DNA of 64,000 bases from Holophagales bacterium. Lineage in GTDB: Bacteria > Acidobacteriota > Thermoanaerobaculia > Multivoradales > UBA5704. Under the pieces are notes generated by a model. It searched no databases and was not told the DNA's origin. It saw only the letters and a program-made list of their open reading frames with translations. The position numbers were made by a program, and so were the translations under genes. Where the stretch lies: the NCBI GenBank assembly GCA_031390755.1, contig JANMTS010000168.1, forward strand, positions 18,253 to 82,252. Reading direction: 5' to 3'. Every line of letters starts with the position of its first letter. Within the stretch, counting starts at the first letter, position 1. This document shows, piece by piece, positions 26,068 through 34,379 of the stretch.

Positions 26068-27960
26068 ATGCCGGACTGGTTCTACAGGACTGTGACGCAG
26101 CCTCTGTTCTTCCGCCTGCCGGCGGAGACGGCTCGGGACTTCGCGCTCGGGTTCCTCGGCCGGCTGGCGCGGCTGCCGTTCGGTCCGGCCGCGATCGACT
26201 TCCTGGGCCACATGCGGGCGGACCCGCGGCTTCGGCACACCTTCCTGGGAATCGATTTTCCCACCGCGACCGGCCTCGGGCCGGGCCTCGACGGCGAAGC
26301 GCGGGCGCTGCCGGCGCTCGCCCGGTTCGGCTTCGGGTTCATCGAAGTGGGGCCGATCTCGCAGGCCGCCGTCAAGACGACTCCGATCCGGAGGGTTGAG
26401 GCAGAAGAGGCGATCTGGTCTCCGGACCCCGGGCCGGGTCTCCCGCTTGCCGCCGCGCTCCCCCGCCTCGAGGAGGCGTCGCGCCTGGGGTTGCCGGTGA
26501 TCGCCCGGATCTCGGCCGACGTGGATCTCGGGGTCGTCATCCGCGAGTTGGCTCCCTACGTTCAGCTCTTCGCCCTGGACTCGCTCGATCCAGCGCGTAT
26601 CAGGGAGGCCGTGGACATCGCTGAGGCGGTGTCCCGTCCTCTTCTCCTCTGTCTGCCAGCCGATTCCGATCCGTCCACTCTGCCTTCCTTAGATACAGGC
26701 GTAAAAGGCCTGCTCGTGGACGGCAGCGTGGCGGCTCCGGAGGGCGGCCGATGGACCGGGCTTCCCGCCCGTGGCCCGGCGCTCAGCCTCGTGCGCGCGC
26801 TGAGGGCGCGGTTCGGATCCGCTCTCCTGGTGATCGCTTCGGGCGGCATCCACGAGCCGGAGGATGCGCTCGCGATGCGGGCCGCCGGGGCCAACCTGGT
26901 GGAGGTGGACAGCGGACTGGTCTACTCCGGGCCGGGGCTGCCGAAGCGGATCAACGACGCGCTGCTCTTCGAGGCGACGCGGGCGCTGCCGGAGCCTCCC
27001 CCGGAGCGCGCGCCGGAGATGACCTGGTTCTGGACCGCGGCGCTCGGCGGCGGCATGCTGTTCGGCGCGCTGCTGGCCCTGGCGATTGCGCTGACCCGCG
27101 TGGTGCTGCCGTACGACGAGGCGTTCCTCGGGATGTTCGTCCACGAGCTTCACGCCATCAACCCGCGCCTGCTCGACTTCATGGCCCACGACCGGGTGAG
27201 CCTGGCCGGGACGATGGTGGCGATCGGGGCGATGTACCTGGGCCTGTCGCTCTACGGGGTCCGCCGCGGGCTGCACTGGGCGCAGAAGTCGATCTTCCTC
27301 TCCGCGTCCACCGGGTTCGCGAGCTTCTTCCTCTTCCTGGGGTTCGGGTATCTGGACGCCTTCCACGCGTTCGTGACTGCGGTTCTGTTGCAGCTCCTGC
27401 TGATGGGGGTCCACTCCCGGCTCGGCACCTACACGCCGGCCGTGGCGCCGCCGTTGCGCGGCGACCGGGCCTGGCGCCGGGCGCTCTGGGGGCAGCTGCT
27501 GCTGGTGATCCACGGCGCCGGCCTGCTCGGCGCGGGCCTCACGATCTCGACGGTCGGGGTGACGGACGTGTTCGTGACGCAGGATCTGGAGTTCATGCAG
27601 ACCACGGCGGAGGCCCTGACCTCGGCGCACGCGCGGCTGGTGCCGCTGGTGGCGCACGACCGGGCCACGCTCGGCGGCATGCTGCTGGCGAGCGGCTGGG
27701 TGTTCCTGGCGCCGGCGCTCTGGGGCTTCCGCAACGGCTCGCGGTGGCTCTGGTGGACGACGCTCCTCGCGGGCGGCTCGGCCTACGCCGCGGCGCTGGG
27801 CATCCACTTCTCGGTGGGCTACATGAGCCTCGTCCATCTGGCGCCGGTCTTCCTGGGGCTGGCCGCCCTGCTGCTCGGCCTGGCCCTGGCGCGCGAATTC
27901 CTTTGCGCTCCCGGAGCGTCCCGCGGCCGCGACCGGAAAGTCCTATCTAAACCGTTGTAA
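26068..27960 (+). CDS. Dihydroorotate dehydrogenase (class 2)-like domain fused to a ~300-aa polytopic membrane domain
   Basis: N-half: FPTATGLGPGLDGEA..FGFGFIEVGPIS and ASGGIHEPEDALAMRAAGANLVEVDSGLVYSGPGLPKRI, co-linear with PyrD. C-half: several long hydrophobic helices. Confidence 0.7.
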   Translation: MPDWFYRTVTQPLFFRLPAETARDFALGFLGRLARLPFGPAAIDFLGHMRADPRLRHTFLGIDFPTATGLGPGLDGEARALPALARFGFGFIEVGPISQAAVKTTPIRRVEAEEAIWSPDPGPGLPLAAALPRLEEASRLGLPVIARISADVDLGVVIRELAPYVQLFALDSLDPARIREAVDIAEAVSRPLLLCLPADSDPSTLPSLDTGVKGLLVDGSVAAPEGGRWTGLPARGPALSLVRALRARFGSALLVIASGGIHEPEDALAMRAAGANLVEVDSGLVYSGPGLPKRINDALLFEATRALPEPPPERAPEMTWFWTAALGGGMLFGALLALAIALTRVVLPYDEAFLGMFVHELHAINPRLLDFMAHDRVSLAGTMVAIGAMYLGLSLYGVRRGLHWAQKSIFLSASTGFASFFLFLGFGYLDAFHAFVTAVLLQLLLMGVHSRLGTYTPAVAPPLRGDRAWRRALWGQLLLVIHGAGLLGAGLTISTVGVTDVFVTQDLEFMQTTAEALTSAHARLVPLVAHDRATLGGMLLASGWVFLAPALWGFRNGSRWLWWTTLLAGGSAYAAALGIHFSVGYMSLVHLAPVFLGLAALLLGLALAREFLCAPGASRGRDRKVLSKPL

Positions 27961-28011
27961 AAGAGCATGTTGGCCGCGTGGGGTATCATTCCTCCCGTCA
28001 CGACCGCCAAC

Positions 28012-31000
28012 ATGCCGACACCTCCGCCGCCCTGCCGCCTGCTGCTCCTGGGGCTCCTGGCGGGAGCCCTGCTGGCCGCCGCGCCGGCGAGCCGGCCGCT
28101 GCTCCCAGGAATCCCCATCGAGGAAACCCTGGAATCCGGAGGGAGCCGCACGTTCGCGGCCGATCTCTCCGCCGGGACGACGTGGCTGGTCCGCGTTGAG
28201 CAGCGAGGGATCGACGTGACGGTGGAAACGGGTCACCTGTCCGTGGACTCCCCCTTCGACCGGCAGGGCGTCGAGACCCTGGTGGTGACTCCGACAGAAA
28301 CGGCAACGATCCTGGTCCGGGCGCGGGAGACGGGCGCTCCGGCCGGGAAATTCTCGATCCTCCTGGAGCGCTTGGACGACCCGCGCAGGGCCGCCGCCCT
28401 GGCCGCCATGAGCCGGGCGGGCTCGCTCTATCTGGCTGGGACGGCCGAAGCCCGCCGCGAGGCGCGGTCCGCCTATGCCGAGGCCGCCGGTCTCTGGAAG
28501 AGTCTCGGCGAACCGGGCGAACGGGAGGAGGAGGCGCGGGCGCTCTACGCCGAGGCGGTCGTGGCCCGGCTGAATGGCGACATCCCCGGCGCGCTCGACG
28601 CCGGGACGCGGGTGCTTCCGGTCTGGCAAGAGCTCGGAGACGCACTGTGGGAGGCGGCCACCCGCAACGAGATCGGCCTGGATCTCTGGCTGTCCGGCCG
28701 GATGGACGAGGCCCGGTCGTCCTTCGAAACCGCGCTCGTGATTCAGCGCCGGACCGGGGATCTCTACGGCGAGGCCGTGTCGCTGAGCAACCTCTGCGCG
28801 AACGATCTTCCGGGCGGACGCCTGCGCGAGGCCGTCGCCTGCTACGAGGACGCGCTGCCGCGGCTTCGCGCCGTCCAGGCTCCGGCCCTGGAAGGCGCGG
28901 CGCTGACCAGCTCGGGCCGGGCGCTGGACATCCTCGGCGAGCCCGAGCGCGCGCTCGATCGATACCGGGAGGCGCTCGCGCTCCTGCGCTCCGTGGGCGA
29001 CCGCACGGGCGAGGCGCGGGCGCTCAACAACGTGGCCGTCCTCTACCGGGAGATGGGCGAGCTTCAGAACGCCCTCGCGAGCTACGGCCAGGCTCTGGAG
29101 ATGGTTCGCGCTCTCCAGGATCGCCGCTGGCAGGCGCGCGTGCTGCACAACCTCGGCACCATCTATCAAGGGTTGGGCGAGCCGCGGCAGGCCCTCGCCC
29201 AGTACGAGCAGGCTCTGCCGCTCTGGCGCGAGGCCGGCGACCGCGAGGGCGAGGCAGCCACGCTGACCAACCTCGGCCGCGTCCAGGTCTCGCTCGGCGA
29301 TCCGAAAACCGCGCTGGCCGCGCTCGACCGGGCGCTCGCCCTGGCGCGCGCCGCGGGCGACCGGCGGGGCGAGGGGATCGCGCTCAGCCAGATCGGCCGG
29401 GGTCGCACCGGGCTGGGAGATCCCGCCGGCGCTCTCGTCTCCTTTGGCGCCGCGCTTGAGCGGTTGCGCCAGGTCGGCGATGTCCTCCAGGAGGCGGAAG
29501 CCGCGCTCGGCAAGGGCGAGGCCCAGGCCGGGCAGGGCGCGCTCGACGCGGCGGCCGGGACGCTCAAGCAGGCGCTCGCCATCACCCGCGACGCCCACAT
29601 CCCGGTGCGCGAGACCCAGGCGCTGATCGCTCTCGCCCGGGTGGAGCGCGCGCTCGGCCGGTCCGGGGACGCCCGCCTCCACGCCGCCGAGGCCGTGGCA
29701 GGGGTCGAGGCGCTGCGCACCCGGATCGGCAATCCGGACCTGCGCTCGTCGTTCGCCGCGACCCTGCATCAGGCCTATGAGCTTCAGATCGATCTCCTGC
29801 TCGCCGACGGCCAGGTCCGCGCCGCGCTGGAGACCGGCGAGCGCGCCCGCGCCCGCACGCTGCTGGAGCTGCTCGCGGAGGCCGGCGTCGATCCCCGCCA
29901 GGGCGCGGACCCGGCGCTGCTCGAACGGCTCGACTCGCTGGAGCGCCGGTTGAGCGCGCGCACGGAGAAGGCGATGCGAGTGAGAGACGTCGGAGCCCGC
30001 GCGGCGCTCCAGGCCGAGCAGGCGGCGCTGCTGCGCGAGCTGGACCTGGTGGACGCGGAGGTGCGCGAGCACAGCCCGGCCTACGCCGCGCTCACCCGCC
30101 CCGTGCCAGCCACCGCGTCCGAGATCCAGGGTCTGCTCGACGAGGGCACGCTGCTGCTGAGCTACTCGCTGGGCGAGACGCGGAGCCATCTCTTCGCGGT
30201 CGGCCCCGCCTCGCTGGAGGTCTTCGATCTGCCGCCGCGCACCCAGATCGAGGAGGCCGCCCGCCGCGTCCACGGCCGGCTGAGCGCCTTCGATCCCGCG
30301 GACCGGGCGGCCGAGACCCGCGAGGCCGAAGAGCTGGCGCGGACTCTCCTCGGCCCCATCGCCGGACGCCTGAGGACACCGGGGACGAAACGACTGGTCG
30401 TGGTGGCGGACGGCGCGCTCCACTACATCCCGTTCGGCGCTCTTCCCCTCCCCGCGCCGGGGGCGCCTCCGGACGCGCCGGCCGTTCCGCTGCTGGAGGG
30501 CTACGAGGTGGTCTCGCTGCCCTCGGCTTCGGCGCTGTCGTTCCAACGGTCCCGGCCGGCCCGATCGGCCCAGACCACTCCTCGAAAAATCGCGATCGTG
30601 GCCGATCCGCTCTTCGATCCCGCGGACTCGGCCTTCCCGCGGCTGCCGGCGTCGCGCCAGGAGGCCGAGGCGATCGCCGCCGCCGCGGCCTCCGCGGTTC
30701 CTCCCGACCCCTCTGATACTGCCTGGCTGGCGCTCGGCGACCGGGCCAGCCTGGACGAGGTGCGCGGCGACCGCCTGGCCGGTTTCGAGACGGTCCACTT
30801 CGCGACCCACGGGGTGATCGACGCCGAGCACCCGGCGCTCTCCGGCCTCGCGCTCTCCTCGATCGACGCCCAGGGTCGTCCCCGCGAGGGCTTCCTCGGC
30901 CTGCGCGAGGTGTATGGTCTGCGCCTGAACGCCGGGCTGGTGGTGCTGAGCGGCTGCCGCACGGCGCTCGGCCGCGAGATCCGGGGCGAGGGTCTGTCCG

Positions 31001-31239
31001 GGTTGACGCAGGGTTTCTTTCACGCCGGAGCGGCTCGCGTGGTGGCGAGCCTCTGGCCGGTCGAGGACCGGGCCACGGCGGAGCTGATGTCCCGCTTCTA
31101 CCGCGCGATGTGGACCGAGGGGCAGACGCCGGCCGCGGCGCTGCGCTCGGCCCAGCTCTCTCTCAAGGAGGAGCGGCGGTGGAGGGATCCGTATTTCTGG
31201 GCGGGCTTCAGTCTCCAGGGAGACTGGCAGGGCGACTGA
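28012..31239 (+). CDS. CHAT-domain (caspase-like) protein with TPR array, secreted or anchored
   Basis: Signal-like MPTPPPPCRLLLLGLLAGALLAAAPA (alternative ATG at 27967). Many TPR units follow (NLG..Y...G...A). The C-terminal CHAT dyad context is VHFATHGV ... VVLSGCRTALG. Confidence 0.85.
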   Translation: MPTPPPPCRLLLLGLLAGALLAAAPASRPLLPGIPIEETLESGGSRTFAADLSAGTTWLVRVEQRGIDVTVETGHLSVDSPFDRQGVETLVVTPTETATILVRARETGAPAGKFSILLERLDDPRRAAALAAMSRAGSLYLAGTAEARREARSAYAEAAGLWKSLGEPGEREEEARALYAEAVVARLNGDIPGALDAGTRVLPVWQELGDALWEAATRNEIGLDLWLSGRMDEARSSFETALVIQRRTGDLYGEAVSLSNLCANDLPGGRLREAVACYEDALPRLRAVQAPALEGAALTSSGRALDILGEPERALDRYREALALLRSVGDRTGEARALNNVAVLYREMGELQNALASYGQALEMVRALQDRRWQARVLHNLGTIYQGLGEPRQALAQYEQALPLWREAGDREGEAATLTNLGRVQVSLGDPKTALAALDRALALARAAGDRRGEGIALSQIGRGRTGLGDPAGALVSFGAALERLRQVGDVLQEAEAALGKGEAQAGQGALDAAAGTLKQALAITRDAHIPVRETQALIALARVERALGRSGDARLHAAEAVAGVEALRTRIGNPDLRSSFAATLHQAYELQIDLLLADGQVRAALETGERARARTLLELLAEAGVDPRQGADPALLERLDSLERRLSARTEKAMRVRDVGARAALQAEQAALLRELDLVDAEVREHSPAYAALTRPVPATASEIQGLLDEGTLLLSYSLGETRSHLFAVGPASLEVFDLPPRTQIEEAARRVHGRLSAFDPADRAAETREAEELARTLLGPIAGRLRTPGTKRLVVVADGALHYIPFGALPLPAPGAPPDAPAVPLLEGYEVVSLPSASALSFQRSRPARSAQTTPRKIAIVADPLFDPADSAFPRLPASRQEAEAIAAAAASAVPPDPSDTAWLALGDRASLDEVRGDRLAGFETVHFATHGVIDAEHPALSGLALSSIDAQGRPREGFLGLREVYGLRLNAGLVVLSGCRTALGREIRGEGLSGLTQGFFHAGAARVVASLWPVEDRATAELMSRFYRAMWTEGQTPAAALRSAQLSLKEERRWRDPYFWAGFSLQGDWQGD

Positions 31240-31265
31240 GGGACCTTTTTCAAGGAGGAACGACC

Positions 31266-31697
31266 ATGATCCGCAACATCAACGATTTCAAGGGTGAGTG
31301 GCACGTCTGGTGGGTGCAGGGATTCGATCCCATCCTCAAGAAGGCCTGGAAGATCAGCATCGGCACGGGCGCGGAAGGCACGCAGCCGCCCTACCTTTCC
31401 GAGCACGGCGAGGTCTGCACCGGCTTCGCGGTCTACGAGGTCGTCGGGGAGGGCGAGTGGCAGGTCTACACCACCTCGAACGAGGACGGCCCGCTGGTGC
31501 TGGCGGACGGCCAGCTCCGCTGGTTCGGCACGAACGCGGACGGCCAGCCGTTCCGGACCTACATGTCGCTCGCCGAAGGGATCAGCGACCAGGGGCCGTT
31601 CGTCTCCATGTACGGGTCGAGCCTGCTGGGCGATCCGGACCAGGTGGCGGTCTGGGGCGCCAACGACGGGCCGCCGCGGCCGGACCCGGTGGCCTGA
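31266..31697 (+). CDS. Hypothetical protein (143 aa)
   Basis: ATG 31266 follows CAAGGAGGAA and lies 26 nt after the CHAT stop. No family recognised. Confidence 0.6.
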   Translation: MIRNINDFKGEWHVWWVQGFDPILKKAWKISIGTGAEGTQPPYLSEHGEVCTGFAVYEVVGEGEWQVYTTSNEDGPLVLADGQLRWFGTNADGQPFRTYMSLAEGISDQGPFVSMYGSSLLGDPDQVAVWGANDGPPRPDPVA

Positions 31698-31742
31698 CGG
31701 CGGTCTGCTAGAATCCCGGTCTCCTGAAGGAAGGCCGGGGTC

Positions 31743-32429
31743 CTGGACACGCAACGCAACGCCGAATCGCCGGAAGAGCTGGTCGCCGCCATTCTGTCGG
31801 GAGACCGGGCGGCCGAGGCGCGGCTGATCGAGACCTATGGCCGCGGCATCGCGATCCTGCTCGACCGCCAGACCAACGGCCGGCCCGAGGCCGAGGATCT
31901 GTTCCAGGACACCTTCCGGCTCGTGCTGGAGAAGCTGCGCAACGGGGAGCTGCGGGACCCGTCCCGCCTCCCCGGCTTCGTCGCCCAGATCGCCCGCAGC
32001 CTCGCGGTCGAGCACTACCGCAAGACCTCCCGCCGCAAGACCGAGGCCGACAGCGACGCCGTGCAGGAGGCGGTGGCCGGCGGCTCCGGCTAGCTCGACC
32101 GCCTGCTGGTGCGCGAACGGGCCGATCTGGTCCGCCAGGTCATCCAGGAGCTGGGCACCCCGCGCGACCGCGACATCCTGCTGCGCTTCTATATCGCCGA
32201 GGAGGACAAGGAGCGCATCTCGGCCGATTTCGGGCTGACGAGCCTGCAGTTCAACCGCGTCCTCCACCGTGCCCGGGAGCGCTACCGGGAGATCTATCTG
32301 GAGCGCGCGGGCCTGGAGCGTTCGGGAGGAGTGCCCGGCGAGGGCGGCCGGGTTGTCGCTCTTCTCGCGATCGCTGCGATATTCGCCGCTCTGGTCCCAC
32401 TCTCCTGGGTAAGACGGATCGCCGAGTGA
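31743..32429 (+). pseudogene. ECF-type sigma-70 factor interrupted by an in-frame TAG (32091-32093), with no canonical start
   Basis: Own translation: LDTQRNAESPEELVAAILSGDRAAEARLIETYGRGIAILL..EDLFQDTFRLVLEKL..FVAQIARSLAVEHYRK...GSG*LDRLLVRERADLVRQVIQELGTPRDRDILLRFYIAEEDKERISADFGLTSLQFNRVLHRARERY. The sigma2 and sigma4 regions lie in one frame, split by TAG. The frame opens at 31728 and only a CTG (31743) follows SD GAAGGAAGG. TGCTAGAAT, an extended -10-like element, is at 31706-31714. Confidence 0.6.
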
Positions 32430-33286
32430 CCCCCATGGACCATACCCACATCGAAGAGCGCGGTCTGATCGACCTCTACCATCGGGGCCAGATCCCCCCT
32501 TCGGAGGAAGCCGAGTTCGAGGAGCACTTCGTGGGCTGCCGGCAATGCCAGGATCGTCTCGAAGCGGCGCGGGGCTTCCAGCGCGGGCTCAAGACCGTGG
32601 TGGCGGAGGACGCCGCCCGCACGGTCGTCCAGGCCGGGCTCCTCGCCTGGGCGCTGCGCCGCCGCGGGCTTGTCGTGGCGCTGCTCGCGCTGATCGCCGT
32701 TCTGCCGGCCGTGGGCTTCTTCGCCGGGGAGCGCGAGGCGCGCGAGGCATACGCCACCTGGAAGGATCTCTGGGAAGGCGAGCGCAAGACCGCCTCCGAG
32801 CTCGAACGCCGCCTGGCCGAGAGCGAGCGCCGGCACCAGGAGGAGCGCCGGAACCTCGAGCGGCAGATCGCCGAGGCGCGGCCCACGGACGCTCCCCCGA
32901 TCGTGCCGGCGCCGCCGTCCCCCCTGGTCAACACGCCGCTCCTGCTGCTCACCGCCGTGCGCGGCGAGGCCGACGTGCCGGTCCTGCGGGCCGGCGCGGA
33001 CGGCTACGTTTCGCTCGCCGTCGATGCGGGGAACGACTCGCGCTTCGACGGCTTCCGGGCCACGATCACGGACGCCGCCGGCCAGCGCGTCTTCCGGCGC
33101 GACGGGCTGAAGCCGAACGCGCTCGAAGCGATCCTCCTGACCTTCCCCGTCTCCTTCTTCCAGGCCGGCGAGCACACGCTGGTCCTGGAAGGCCTGCGCC
33201 CCGGCGGCTCCGGCGAGGCTGGCGATACCGGCGAGTTGGGCGCGTATCCGTTCCGCGTGGCCCGGAAGGCCTCCCCGACCCCTTAA
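32426..33286 (+). CDS. Anti-sigma factor (zf-HC2 type) with one TM segment
   Basis: HFVGCRQC zinc-finger motif near the N-terminus. TM GLVVALLALIAVLPAVGFFAG. GTG 32426 overlaps the sigma stop (GTGA); alternative ATG at 32435. Confidence 0.75.
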   Translation: MTPMDHTHIEERGLIDLYHRGQIPPSEEAEFEEHFVGCRQCQDRLEAARGFQRGLKTVVAEDAARTVVQAGLLAWALRRRGLVVALLALIAVLPAVGFFAGEREAREAYATWKDLWEGERKTASELERRLAESERRHQEERRNLERQIAEARPTDAPPIVPAPPSPLVNTPLLLLTAVRGEADVPVLRAGADGYVSLAVDAGNDSRFDGFRATITDAAGQRVFRRDGLKPNALEAILLTFPVSFFQAGEHTLVLEGLRPGGSGEAGDTGELGAYPFRVARKASPTP

Positions 33287-33308
33287 AGAGCCGAAGGGAT
33301 CGAAACGC

Positions 33309-34193
33309 TCAGTTCGGATCGTCGAGAACCGCGGCGACCGAAGACGCCACGGCTGCCTTCTCCAGCCAGCGCTCCAGCCGCTCCGGATCTTTCTGCGCCA
33401 GGATGCGCTCGCGGACAGCATCCGGAACCGCGATCCCGCGCACCCGAAGCACTGCCAGAAGATTGCGCGCCGCCTCTTCGGTGCGGCCCTCGGTGCGGCC
33501 CTCGGTGCGGCCCTGCGCGACGTACTTCTTTGCGAAATCGGTCTGGTATTCGTAACCCTTCATCTTCGCCTCCAACGCGCGGCGGGCCGCGTCGTTCATG
33601 GAATTGTATACGAGGTCGTAGTAGAACCTGGCCCGGTCCTCATCGAGATCCCGGATCGCGGGCAACACCGCTGCGGCGATCGTCGCTCCCTGCTCGGTGT
33701 CGCCGTGCGCCATCGCCGAGAGCACACCGAGCTCGGGCCGGCGGGACGCCTCCGCGAGGTCCGTAACGACCGGCACGGCGGTGCGGCGAAGCACGGGCGG
33801 ACGCAGCACGAAGCCGGGAGTGCCGGTCTCGATCGCTTCCGCGCACCATCCGGCGACGACCGGGTCCGGAGCCACGACGAGAAGGGTCGCCGGGCAGCCG
33901 TGAATGGCCCGAGAGACCGTCACATAGGCGGGCCAGCTCATCCGCTTTCGCGGATCTGGAGCCAGTTGGACCTCGACGATGATCACGCGGACGGAGGCCT
34001 CACCGTCCAGGAGCACCACGACGGCGTCCGCCCGGTACTCGGCCGGCTGGATCTCACTCAGGTCGGCCGAGACGACGCGGGCTTCTGTGTAGGCCGGAAG
34101 CGACACCCCGAGCACCTCGTCCAGAATCTCGGCGGCGAGGGAAGGGCGGTTCTTGAAGAGATCCAAGAGGATTTCGTGCGCCATGGAGGGCAT
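33309..34193 (-). CDS. Rpn/YhgA-like PD-(D/E)XK nuclease family protein with DUF4351-like C-terminus
   Basis: These are the last 295 codons of the artefactual 1088-aa ORF, starting MPSMAHEILLDLFKNRP. EYRADAVVVL ... VIIVEVQL forms the nuclease core pattern. C-terminal ARNLLAVLRVRGIAVPDAVRERILAQKDPERLERWLEKA. The 12-nt tandem repeat x3 (33478-33515) encodes GRTEGRTEGRTE. Confidence 0.6.
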   Translation of the reverse strand: MPSMAHEILLDLFKNRPSLAAEILDEVLGVSLPAYTEARVVSADLSEIQPAEYRADAVVVLLDGEASVRVIIVEVQLAPDPRKRMSWPAYVTVSRAIHGCPATLLVVAPDPVVAGWCAEAIETGTPGFVLRPPVLRRTAVPVVTDLAEASRRPELGVLSAMAHGDTEQGATIAAAVLPAIRDLDEDRARFYYDLVYNSMNDAARRALEAKMKGYEYQTDFAKKYVAQGRTEGRTEGRTEEAARNLLAVLRVRGIAVPDAVRERILAQKDPERLERWLEKAAVASSVAAVLDDPN

Positions 34194-34379
34194 GGCGGCG
34201 ATCTTGCCACACTTTCGGAAAACGAGTAAAGGTGCCCGATTCCAGCAAGACTCCGCGGAAAGATTCCCGGCGGGGAGACCCAACGGGGCCGAGAGAGCCT
34301 GCCTGACACGACGATGGTGCTCCCCGGGGCCGGGGGTGAGGGCCTGGGATAGCTTGCCCTCTCGTCCCACTTCCGGGAC

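Noticed and set aside
27943-31023. 1026-aa minus-strand ORF. Similar cases: 2029..3669, 2621..4135, 4196..5866, 10384..12540, 12477..14630, 19154..20926, 24330..25823
   Set aside because: These are antisense to well-supported genes (CHAT protein, bEBP, kinase, MltA, S9 peptidase, PLD, aminotransferase). They have a low-complexity Arg/Pro composition and no start context.
34345-34357. Sigma-54 promoter TGGGATAGCTTGC upstream of the cytochrome gene
   Set aside because: GG and GC are separated by 8 nt instead of 10, so the spacing is incompatible with -24/-12 recognition.
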